Assembly (NCBI GenBank): GCA_902781565.1
Contig: CACZJT010000005.1
Location: forward strand, 11,902-75,901
Source: an uncultured Ruminococcus sp.
Lineage (GTDB): Bacteria; Bacillota; Clostridia; Oscillospirales; Ruminococcaceae
Reading direction: 5' to 3'
Length of the DNA: 64,000 bases
Shown here: one piece after another, positions 55,687-64,000 of the stretch
Layout: every line of letters starts with the position of its first letter
Numbering within the stretch: the stretch's first letter is position 1
Notes under the pieces: generated by a model
Told to the model about the DNA's origin: nothing
Databases searched by the model: none
Seen by the model: only the letters and a program-made list of their open reading frames with translations
Program-made: the position numbers and the translations under genes

Positions 55687-56886
55687 ATGCTCACATTAGA
55701 TCAGGTCTATAAGGCTTCGCACGTTCTGAAAGAAGTCCTGCACCCTACGCAGTGCATAAGGGCAAAGCATATCTGCCCCGACGCGGAGGTGTATCTGAAG
55801 CCCGAGAATCTTCAGGTGACGGGTTCTTTCAAGGTGCGCGGCGCATACTATAAGATATCTCAGCTCTCCGACGAGGAGAAGGCCCGCGGAGTTATCGCCT
55901 GTTCGGCGGGTAATCACGCGCAGGGCGTGGCGCTCGCGGCGCAGAAGAACGGTATCAAGGCTGTCATCTGCCTGCCCGACGGCGCCCCAATCTCAAAGGT
56001 CGAGGCTACCAAGAGCTACGGCGCGGAGATATGCCTTGTGCCGGGCGTTTACGATGACGCATACAACAAGGCTTTACAGCTCCGCGACGAGAACGACTAC
56101 ACCTTCATTCACCCCTTCGACGATGAGAACGTCATCGCGGGACAGGGGACTATCGGTCTTGAGCTTTTAGACCAGCTCCCCGACCTTGACGCGGTGGTTG
56201 TTCCCGTGGGCGGCGGCGGACTTATCTCGGGCGTGGCTTTCGCGCTGAAATCCCTCGCTCCGAACGTAAAAGTCTACGGCGTTCAGGCGGCGGGCGCTCC
56301 CTCTATGGTGAAGTCCCTGGCTGACGGCAAGATAGAATGTCTTGATTCGGTATCGACCATAGCCGACGGCATAAAGGTCAAAGAGCCGGGCGAGAACACC
56401 TTCGAGTATTGCAGAAAGTACGTTGACGATATCGTGACCGTTACCGACGATGAGGTATCCTCGGCGATACTGGCGCTCATCGAGCAGCACAAGCTGATCG
56501 CCGAGGGCGCAGGCGCCGTATCGGTGGCGGCTGTCATGTTCGGGAAAGTCCCCGTAAAGGGCAAGAAGGTCGTATGCCTTGTTTCGGGCGGGAACATCGA
56601 CGTTACGATCCTGAGCCGCGTTATCAAGAGGGGCTTGCTCAAATCGGGCAGGTCGGACACTCTTGCGATACAGCTCGAGGACAAGCCGGGACAGCTGGTG
56701 GGCGTTTCGACCATCATCGCAAAGCTGGGCGGCAACGTTGTATCGGTACATCACGAGCGTGCCAGCGAGGACAGCGACATCACCGACTGCATACTCCGCA
56801 TAGTCCTCGAAACGAGAGATTTCGCTCACATCAAGGAGATACGCGAAGCCCTCACCGCGGGCGGCTTCCGCATAGTAGAAAGGTGA
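55687..56886 (+). CDS. ilvA: Threonine dehydratase with C-terminal ACT domain
   Basis: ENLQVTGSFKVRGA, SAGNHAQG, VGGGGLISG. Confidence 0.9.
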   Translation: MLTLDQVYKASHVLKEVLHPTQCIRAKHICPDAEVYLKPENLQVTGSFKVRGAYYKISQLSDEEKARGVIACSAGNHAQGVALAAQKNGIKAVICLPDGAPISKVEATKSYGAEICLVPGVYDDAYNKALQLRDENDYTFIHPFDDENVIAGQGTIGLELLDQLPDLDAVVVPVGGGGLISGVAFALKSLAPNVKVYGVQAAGAPSMVKSLADGKIECLDSVSTIADGIKVKEPGENTFEYCRKYVDDIVTVTDDEVSSAILALIEQHKLIAEGAGAVSVAAVMFGKVPVKGKKVVCLVSGGNIDVTILSRVIKRGLLKSGRSDTLAIQLEDKPGQLVGVSTIIAKLGGNVVSVHHERASEDSDITDCILRIVLETRDFAHIKEIREALTAGGFRIVER

Positions 56887-56935
56887 AACGGATCCGAAAT
56901 TCGGAATCAACAAATACAGCAGGGAGAGATTTAAA

Positions 56936-57310
56936 ATGGCAGAAACTATTTACACAAAGAACGCACCCGACGCAATAGGTCCTTATTCGCAGGCTAAGGT
57001 AGTCGGCGGACTGGTATTCACTTCGGGTCAGATAGCTATCGACCCCGCAACGGGAAATGTTGAGGCGGACACCATAGAGGGTCAGACCGAGCAGGTATGC
57101 AAGAACCTGGCGGCGCTCCTCGAAGCGGCGGGAAGCTCCCTCGACAAGGCGGTAAAGACCGTATGCTTCCTCGCGGATATGAACGACTTCGCGGCTTTCA
57201 ACGGCATTTACGGCAGCTACTTCACCTCCAAGCCCGCACGCTCCTGCGTTGCGGTAAAGACGCTTCCCAAGAACGTTCTTGTTGAGGTAGAGGTCATCGC
57301 AGAGGTCTGA
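56936..57310 (+). CDS. ridA: RidA family enamine/imine deaminase
   Basis: APDAIGPYSQA, SGQI, PARSCV, LPK..LVE.E. Confidence 0.9.
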   Translation: MAETIYTKNAPDAIGPYSQAKVVGGLVFTSGQIAIDPATGNVEADTIEGQTEQVCKNLAALLEAAGSSLDKAVKTVCFLADMNDFAAFNGIYGSYFTSKPARSCVAVKTLPKNVLVEVEVIAEV

Positions 57311-57378
57311 TACAGGCAACAAAAAAGCATATTCGGGGGCAGAGTATCCTGCCCCTTATTAGCATGAGGGGGCGGCAA

Positions 57379-58299
57379 ATGGACATAGAACAGGCGTACA
57401 AATACATGAGCTTCGCACAGCTCAGGGACTATCTGAAAAGGCTGCGCTTCAGGCAGAAAATGTGGTTCTCGATACCCGTGTTCGTGTCAGTTGCCGCGAT
57501 ACTCCTGCTTTCGCTCTCGGGCTGGGGGACTTACCCGCAAGTCATGAGCTCCCACAAACTGCGGTTCGACATATCGAGTTTCGGTATCTTCGACTGGATA
57601 TTCACGGCGGCGATGGTACTTTTTCTGCCATACGAAAAGACCGAGCGGAAATTCAACTACTCGGCGGCGGTGCTTATGGCGGCATTCACGGCGGTCAAGG
57701 CGCTGTTCGGAATACTCAACCCCCTCAATCTTGCGATGGCGGTATATTACTATTTTGCGGCGCTCATGCTCCTGCCCATAAATCAGCAGATCAATTTCAT
57801 CAAGGCGCTCCCCGATTATCCCTTCCCCGAGAGCGTGGAGCTTGAAAGGAAGCGCGAGGCGGAGGCGCAGAAGTTTTCCGAGAATAATATCGAGATGAAG
57901 CGGCGAATGAAGCTCGAACAGGAGAAGAAGGCAAATTCAATGGACGAGCTCATGCAGGCGCTCCCGAAAAAGTACATCGACCCCTCGAAGATAAACCGCG
58001 GAGAATTCGATGACACCGAGGAGGATTACAGCGACAAGCTCATCGGCGAGGATCTGCATGACGGCGCACCTCAGCCCGAATTTGACGAGATAGACCCCGA
58101 ATACAAGGGCAAGTTCCGCTCCGAGAGCGGGCTCACCATGAAGCGCCGCGACGAGATAGAGCTCATAGACGAGGGCTTCGAGGGCGATTTTGAGGTGGAA
58201 CCGAAACCACTGTCCGAGGAGGAGCTCCCCGCGCTCACGGACGGGAAGGTGTCCCTCGAAAAAAACGACCCACCCGTTACCGATGACGGGGTTTTATGA
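57379..58299 (+). CDS. Membrane protein with acidic cytoplasmic tail
   Basis: About 4 TM segments then an Asp/Glu-rich C-terminus. Confidence 0.7.
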   Translation: MDIEQAYKYMSFAQLRDYLKRLRFRQKMWFSIPVFVSVAAILLLSLSGWGTYPQVMSSHKLRFDISSFGIFDWIFTAAMVLFLPYEKTERKFNYSAAVLMAAFTAVKALFGILNPLNLAMAVYYYFAALMLLPINQQINFIKALPDYPFPESVELERKREAEAQKFSENNIEMKRRMKLEQEKKANSMDELMQALPKKYIDPSKINRGEFDDTEEDYSDKLIGEDLHDGAPQPEFDEIDPEYKGKFRSESGLTMKRRDEIELIDEGFEGDFEVEPKPLSEEELPALTDGKVSLEKNDPPVTDDGVL

Positions 58300-58409
58300 A
58301 CGCATAAATTTTTCGATGATACTTGACAAAATGCGGCGGCTGTGATATAATAGCAATATAAAATTTTGTTCATCATTTTTACAGAAAATACAGAAAGGAA
58401 GATGATAAA

Positions 58410-59141
58410 ATGGTATGTAAGAATTGCGGAGCACAGATGCAGGACGGTATGAAGTTCTGTACGGTTTGCGGCTCTCCGTTGGAGGATTCCGGAAAGGTCG
58501 ATCTCGGCAAGCCTACGGTAGACGGCTCAATGCCCCCCGTACCCGACCCCTCGATGGGCGATCAGAACTCGGACGCTAACGGCGCACAGTCGGGACAGCC
58601 CAACTTCGGCACTCCGAGCGGTCAGCCCGGTTACGATTATGACAGGCTCAACAGCTCCTACGGTATCAACGGTTCGTTTGACCCTAACGCAGGCGCAGAT
58701 CAGGGACAGCAGCAGTACGGCGGTCAGCAGTACGGAGGACAGCAGCAATACGGCGGCATGGGCTACGGCGCTCCTATGGGCAATGTTTCGGGCATTCAGG
58801 AGAGGAACATCGTTACGGCGATAATCCTTTCGGTCGTCACCTGCGGTATCTACGGGCTTTACTGGATGTACGCCCTCACCGAGGACACTAACCACTTTGC
58901 GACCGACCCCAACCCCTCTTCGGGCGGAACGGCGCTCCTGCTCTCTATAGTCACCTGCGGAATCTATACATGGTACTGGATGTACAAGCGCGGCGAGTAC
59001 ATCGACAACTACTACACCCAGCGCGGACTTCCTCCCCAGAGCAATTCGATACTTTACCTTGTGCTTTCCATCTGCGGACTCGGTATAGTGTCCTACTGCC
59101 TGATGCAGAGCGAGGTCAACAAGATCGCCCACGGAATGTAA
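58410..59141 (+). CDS. Zinc-ribbon + DUF4234-like membrane protein
   Basis: CKNCG...FCTVCG, Gln/Gly linker, LS.VTCGIY twice. Confidence 0.8.
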   Translation: MVCKNCGAQMQDGMKFCTVCGSPLEDSGKVDLGKPTVDGSMPPVPDPSMGDQNSDANGAQSGQPNFGTPSGQPGYDYDRLNSSYGINGSFDPNAGADQGQQQYGGQQYGGQQQYGGMGYGAPMGNVSGIQERNIVTAIILSVVTCGIYGLYWMYALTEDTNHFATDPNPSSGGTALLLSIVTCGIYTWYWMYKRGEYIDNYYTQRGLPPQSNSILYLVLSICGLGIVSYCLMQSEVNKIAHGM

Positions 59142-59147
59142 GGAGCA

Positions 59148-59534
59148 ATGTCTCCTGAAAAACGCCACAGGCGCGATGCCCTGCTGAAAAAAGTCCTTTG
59201 GGCGGCTGCGATACTTGCGGGGTATTACATCTTCGTGCGCTTCACGGGGCTTTCGATACCTTGTGTTTTCAGAGAAGTCACGGGGCTTAAATGCCCTGGC
59301 TGCGGAGTTACCCACATGGCTATGCACGCGGCGCACCTTGAATTCGGACGTGCCTTCAAGAGCAATCCGCTTCTGTTTTTCATGTTCCCGTTCTTCGGGG
59401 CGGTGCTGGCGGTGAAGCTCATATTCATGCCCGACTCCCTCGAATCGAACAGCAGGGTCTACCGTATCGGCGAGAGGATATGCCTTGGGCTGGTCATGGT
59501 ATTCTGGGTGGTGCGCAACATAGTCGGTATCTGA
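59148..59534 (+). CDS. DUF2752-like membrane protein
   Basis: PCVF...TGLKCPGCG.T...AF..NP. Confidence 0.8.
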   Translation: MSPEKRHRRDALLKKVLWAAAILAGYYIFVRFTGLSIPCVFREVTGLKCPGCGVTHMAMHAAHLEFGRAFKSNPLLFFMFPFFGAVLAVKLIFMPDSLESNSRVYRIGERICLGLVMVFWVVRNIVGI

Positions 59535-59666
59535 TGGAGAAATATCTTTTTTACACAGTGCTTTCCGTTTTCGGAGGGCACTGATTTTTTTGCATAAAAG
59601 CACTTGCATTTTTCGGCAAAATGTGATATAATATCAACAATGATTTTTGCGAAAGGAGTGAAAGAA

Positions 59667-60965
59667 GTGCTGAAACGAAAACTGTTATTCGCCGCCGCTG
59701 CCGCAGCTGTGCTGCTCTCGTGGACGGGGTGCGCGGGTGAGAGCGGGAACGGGTATGTCTACTACCTGAACTTCAAGCCCGAAGCCGATGAAGCGTGGCA
59801 GGAGATCGCGGAGGAATATACAAAGCTCACGGGGGTAGAGGTCGATGTGGTGACAGCTGCTTCGGGCTCTTATGCCGATACCCTCAGCTCGCAGATGAAC
59901 AAGAACCACGCCCCAACGCTTTTCGTCTGCGGAGGTGTGCAGGCTCTCGACAACTGGCATGATTACTGCCTCGATCTCCGTGACAGTCCGCTGACCGAGC
60001 ACCTTGAAGAGGACGCGCCCTGTCTTTACGGCGAGGACGGCTCCCTCTGCGCGGTGGGGTACTGCTATGAGGCTTACGGACTGATCGTCAACAAGAGCCT
60101 GCTGGAAAAGAGCGGTCACTCCCTTGAGGAGATACACGACTTCGCTTCCCTCAAAGCCGCCGCCGAGGATATCCACAGCCGAAGCGCGGAGCTGGGCTTT
60201 GATGCCTTTACATCGGCGGGACTTGACAGCTCGTCCTCGTGGCGGTTCAGCGGTCATCTGGCGGCGCTCCCGCTGTTCTACGAATTTCGGGAGAACGCCG
60301 CCACGACCCAGCCAGCCGAGATAAGCGGGAGTTTCCTCGACCTCTATAAAAACGTATGGGATATGTACATAAATAACAGCTCTGTCGCGGGCGGTGAGCT
60401 CAGTGCCGCCACGGGCGGAATGGCTGAGGAGGAGTTCGGGAGCGGCAGGGCGGTGTTCTTCCAGAACGGCTCATGGGAATACACCGCCCTCACCGCCGAG
60501 GACAAATTCGCCATGTCCCCCGACGAGCTTACGATGATACCCATATACTGCGGCGCCGAGGGCGAGGATAATGCGGGGCTCTGCTGCGGCACCGAGAATT
60601 ACTGGGCTGTCAATTCCCGCGCCGAGCAAAGGAACATCGACGCCACTATGGATTTCCTCGAATGGGTAGTGACCTCCGAGAGCGGGAAAAAGATGATGGC
60701 TGACAGCTTCGGCGTCACGCCGTTCAAAGATCACCTTCCGAGCGAAAACGTGTTCCTGAACGACGCCGAGAGAATGAAGTCCGAGGGTAAGTATAACATA
60801 GACTGGAGCTTCTCGTTCACGCCGAACACCGAATCATGGAGGGCGGGAGTGGTCTCGGCGCTCATGGAGTATTCCGAGGGCTCGGGCAGCTGGGAGAACG
60901 TCAGCACCGCCTTCGTGGACGGCTGGAAGTATCAGTACAAGCTCGAACACCGCATACTTGATTAA
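59667..60965 (+). CDS. Sugar ABC substrate-binding lipoprotein
   Basis: Lipobox WTGC, YYLNFKPE, FFQNGSW. Confidence 0.88.
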   Translation: MLKRKLLFAAAAAAVLLSWTGCAGESGNGYVYYLNFKPEADEAWQEIAEEYTKLTGVEVDVVTAASGSYADTLSSQMNKNHAPTLFVCGGVQALDNWHDYCLDLRDSPLTEHLEEDAPCLYGEDGSLCAVGYCYEAYGLIVNKSLLEKSGHSLEEIHDFASLKAAAEDIHSRSAELGFDAFTSAGLDSSSSWRFSGHLAALPLFYEFRENAATTQPAEISGSFLDLYKNVWDMYINNSSVAGGELSAATGGMAEEEFGSGRAVFFQNGSWEYTALTAEDKFAMSPDELTMIPIYCGAEGEDNAGLCCGTENYWAVNSRAEQRNIDATMDFLEWVVTSESGKKMMADSFGVTPFKDHLPSENVFLNDAERMKSEGKYNIDWSFSFTPNTESWRAGVVSALMEYSEGSGSWENVSTAFVDGWKYQYKLEHRILD

Positions 60966-60977
60966 GGGGGGAGCGTA

Positions 60978-61904
60978 ATGGTAAAAAACAGCGGCATACG
61001 CCGCGCAATAAGGCTTTGGGCTCCGCTTTTCATTCTGCCCGCATTCGTCTGCTTCGTCATCAGCTTCGTGATTCCCTTCGGGCAGGGGATATATCTGTCC
61101 TTCTGCGAGTTCAATATCCCGAAGGACGCCGCCTGGTCGGGAATGGATAACTACACCGCCGCCTTCGCAGACCCGAGCTTCGGCAGGGCTATGCTCAACA
61201 CATTTCTGTTCGCAGTGGTGTCGGTCATAGTCATAAACGTCCCCGCATTTTTCATCGCCTATTTCCTCTCGGGGAAATTCAAGGGCGTGAACCTTTTCAG
61301 AACGGCGTTTTTCGTCCCGAACCTCATAGGCGGCGTGGTGCTGGGCTACATCTGGAGCATGATCTTTGACGGCATACTGCGCTATTTCGGGACGTATCTT
61401 ATCGCAAGCCCCGTGTACGGCTTCTGGGGGCTGGTGATACTCGTCGCATGGCAGCAGATAGGTTACATGATGATAATTTACATAGCGGGATTTCAGTCCG
61501 TCCCGACCGATATGCTGGAAGCCGCCGACATCGACGGCGCGACTCGCTCACAGACGCTTTTCAGGGTCATACTCCCGAACATGATCTCGTCGATCTCGGT
61601 GTGCGTGTTCCTGTCGCTCACGAACGGCTTCAAGCTCTTCGATCAGAACCTTTCGCTGACGGGGGGCGCTCCGATAAAGACGCTCGAAAACGGTATGCAG
61701 GTCAACACCACAGAACTGCTGGCGCTCAACATCTACAATACATACGGCATAAACCGCCACTGGCACGGAACGGCTCAGGCTAAGGCAGTAATATTCTTCC
61801 TGATCGTCGGCGGGGTATCTCTGTTGCAGCAGTATCTCACCAACCGCGAGCGAAAGATAAAGCCCGCAAAGCATACCGATGCAAAGGAGGGGAAGCAGAA
61901 ATGA
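60978..61904 (+). CDS. Sugar ABC permease (MsmF-like)
   Basis: WQQIGYMMIIYIAG...EAADIDGA. Confidence 0.9.
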   Translation: MVKNSGIRRAIRLWAPLFILPAFVCFVISFVIPFGQGIYLSFCEFNIPKDAAWSGMDNYTAAFADPSFGRAMLNTFLFAVVSVIVINVPAFFIAYFLSGKFKGVNLFRTAFFVPNLIGGVVLGYIWSMIFDGILRYFGTYLIASPVYGFWGLVILVAWQQIGYMMIIYIAGFQSVPTDMLEAADIDGATRSQTLFRVILPNMISSISVCVFLSLTNGFKLFDQNLSLTGGAPIKTLENGMQVNTTELLALNIYNTYGINRHWHGTAQAKAVIFFLIVGGVSLLQQYLTNRERKIKPAKHTDAKEGKQK

Positions 61905-62761
61905 AACGCAGTACAGACCCCCGCACCCAAAGCGGCGGCAGGGACATAAGGACGATAGTATTCGCCGCACTGTCGCTCTTGTGGGTGATACCCATTTTCA
62001 CGGCGCTCATAAACTCCTTCAAGACTAACGACGGCATTGTAAGAGGTATCTTTTCCCTGCCCGTCGGAGATGACTTCGCGGCAGGGGAGAACTACGTCAG
62101 CGCCCTGACCTTCGGAAACTATCCGTTCTTAAAGTCCTTCGGCTACAGCGTCCTCATAAGCACCGTTTCCACCGCTCTCATAATCATCTGCTGTTCTATG
62201 GCTGCGTGGTACATCGTGAGGGTGAACAGCGTTTTCTCGAAGGTGTTCTATTATCTGTGTCTGTTCTCTCTGGCAGTGCCCTTTCAGATGCTCATGTTCA
62301 CGCTGTCCTCGACGGCTTACAGGCTCGGGCTCGACACACCGTTCACTATACCGATAGTCTATCTGGGCTACGGCGCGGGAATGTCGATCTTTATGTTCAC
62401 GGGCTTTGTGCGGGGACTGCCCTACGAGATAGAGGAAGCCGCGGTCATAGACGGCTGCGGACCCGTGAGGACGTTTTTCGGCGTGGTGTTCCCGATGATG
62501 TCCCCCATAGCTATCTCGGTGGGGATATTGCAGCTCATGTGGATATGGAACGACTATCTGTTACCGTATCTCGTCCTTGACATCACGAAGTACAGGACTA
62601 TCCCTATCCATGTCCAGTATCTTAAAGGCAGCTACGGCAGCGTCGATCTCGGAGCGTCGCTGGCGGTGATAATCATGTCGCTGCTCCCGATAATCATAGT
62701 CTATGCCTTCTGTCAGAAGTACATAGTCAAGGGCATAGCCGCGGGAGCGGTCAAGGGGTAA
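61901..62761 (+). CDS. Sugar ABC permease (MsmG-like)
   Basis: EIEEAAVIDGCG, WIWNDYLLP, ends GAVKG. Confidence 0.9.
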   Translation: MKRSTDPRTQSGGRDIRTIVFAALSLLWVIPIFTALINSFKTNDGIVRGIFSLPVGDDFAAGENYVSALTFGNYPFLKSFGYSVLISTVSTALIIICCSMAAWYIVRVNSVFSKVFYYLCLFSLAVPFQMLMFTLSSTAYRLGLDTPFTIPIVYLGYGAGMSIFMFTGFVRGLPYEIEEAAVIDGCGPVRTFFGVVFPMMSPIAISVGILQLMWIWNDYLLPYLVLDITKYRTIPIHVQYLKGSYGSVDLGASLAVIIMSLLPIIIVYAFCQKYIVKGIAAGAVKG

Positions 62762-62908
62762 TTCGGAATTAGGAATGCGGAATGCGGAATTAAAGGAGCG
62801 GCTGCGCCGCGTTTTTAGGGAGGAGTTTCATCAAGACGAGACCATATCCCCAAAAACGTTGCGAAGCGACACCTTTAATTCCGCATTCATAATTCCGAAT
62901 TCCGAATT
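62760..62908. repeat. Inverted-repeat element with heptamer-repeat arms
   Basis: Left arm AATTCGG AATTAGG AATGCGG AATGCGG AATTAAAGG; right arm CCTTTAATT CCGCATT CATAATT CCGAATT CCGAATT. Confidence 0.75.
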
Positions 62909-62921
62909 TTCCAAGGGTCTG

Positions 62922-63728
62922 TTATCTTCCGAAGAGCCTGAATTGCAGGTTCGCGCGGGTGTTCTCGGCAAAGTCGTACTGGCTCATGTACTCCCCGACG
63001 AACTGCTGTATCGCATAAGGATCGCATTCGAGATAGCGGTAATAATCGCAGTCCAGCAGTCCCGTGTTTACGCAGTATCCGCACCTGTCATGCAGAATGA
63101 CCCTTTCCACACCCAGCGTCGAAAAGTCTTCGAGCAGGCTTTTTGCAGCCACGCGGGTCATGGACTTGTGGGAATCGTCCCCCGTTCCGTCGGGCCATAT
63201 GTTGCCGATTATCATGTCGCTGGAGCAGACAGCGCCCCTGCGGTCTATGAGGTACGCAAGAAGCTCCTTACTCTTGCTGCGGCGGAAACGCACTGCCGCC
63301 CCGTTCACAAAGACCTCGAAGTTCCCGAAGCACCGCACTTTCACGGGTCTGTCGGACAGCTCGGGAGCTTTGCGGCGGCTGTTCACCAGGGCGTCGGTGA
63401 GCTTTTTCGCTGTGAGTGGCTTCATGATGTACCCGTCTGCATGGAGCGCGAAAGCCTCTGCCATGAAGCTGCCGTCCGAGGTCAGAAAAACGATCTCGCA
63501 GAGCGGAAAGCGCTCCCTGAGCCGCCGCGCGAAGGTCAGTCCGTCCATGCTATCCATGACCGTTTCGATGAACGCGATCTCCGCGGGTATTTCCCTGTCC
63601 GCAAGGGCAGCTTCGGGGTCGATGTATACTTTGCATACGCCGCAGGGGTCAGCTGCCACTGTCAATGCTCGCGCAGCCTCGGCAGCTGCCTTGTCATTAT
63701 CGACTATCAGGATATTCAAATCGTACAA
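62922..63728 (-). CDS. Response regulator (receiver + SARP-like winged helix) with Glu at the phosphoacceptor position
   Basis: LIVDND, AFIETVMDSMDG (usually FLDIEM), GYIMKP, VRCFGNFEVF...KSKELLAYL. Confidence 0.8.
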   Translation of the reverse strand: MYDLNILIVDNDKAAAEAARALTVAADPCGVCKVYIDPEAALADREIPAEIAFIETVMDSMDGLTFARRLRERFPLCEIVFLTSDGSFMAEAFALHADGYIMKPLTAKKLTDALVNSRRKAPELSDRPVKVRCFGNFEVFVNGAAVRFRRSKSKELLAYLIDRRGAVCSSDMIIGNIWPDGTGDDSHKSMTRVAAKSLLEDFSTLGVERVILHDRCGYCVNTGLLDCDYYRYLECDPYAIQQFVGEYMSQYDFAENTRANLQFRLFGR

Positions 63729-64000
63729 CTCCCATCGAAAACTCTTTTTAGATAATTATAGCATAACAAAACAAGAAAATTGTATCGTAAAAACTCACAA
63801 AGTTTTTACGAAGTATTTGTTAAAGATAGACAATGAAACTTGAACGATTATGCTAAACCATATAATTATTTGTTTAAAACCAACAAAACTCGGACGGCAA
63901 ATTTTACTTGTCGGTCAAAATTCTCGGGGCTCTCGGTAAAAAATTATTACACACATCAAAACCAATTGTCAGAATTTCCCGAAGGATAACAACTGTTTGA

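Noticed and set aside
58700-58760. CAGCAG/TACGGC repeats
   Set aside because: They encode a QQYGG low-complexity linker; no separate DNA-level function evident.

Overview
Chromosomal window from a spore-forming, anaerobic Clostridia-type bacterium (Ruminococcaceae-like; taxonomy is inferred from gene content). Left flank (1-4.1 kb): tetR, a Cys-rich feo peptide, feoA, feoB and the spore-coat operon cotJA-cotJB-cotJC. A ~37.0 kb siphovirus prophage (4109-41143) is integrated inside cotJC after codon 31. It is bounded by a 10-bp core repeat (GTTGGGCGGA) and carries a large serine recombinase; precise excision would restore a 198-aa CotJC. Sporulation-sigma-like promoter motifs lie upstream of cotJA, the recombinase and a small early phage gene (candidate directionality factor). 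Within the prophage: (i) an SNF2 helicase broken in its Walker A motif by a 5-nt GGT-TAG-GC insertion next to an HNH endonuclease, a candidate ribosomal stop-hop/homing cassette; (ii) a stand-alone NrdD-type glycyl-radical domain hidden by a +1 shift in a C6 run; (iii) a minor head protein with a metallopeptidase-like extension and a small partner gene; (iv) a 2.95-kb receptor-binding module inserted between holin and endolysin, flanked by 20-bp direct repeats and ending in an orphan DGR-target-like gene; (v) a -1 tail-chaperone frameshift; (vi) two promoter-terminator mini-transcription units. Right flank (41.7-64 kb): GH2, LacI, two sugar ABC systems, an ECF sigma/anti-sigma pair, GH36, ilvA, ridA, membrane proteins and a response regulator. 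All family assignments are from motif recognition by eye; no database searches were run.
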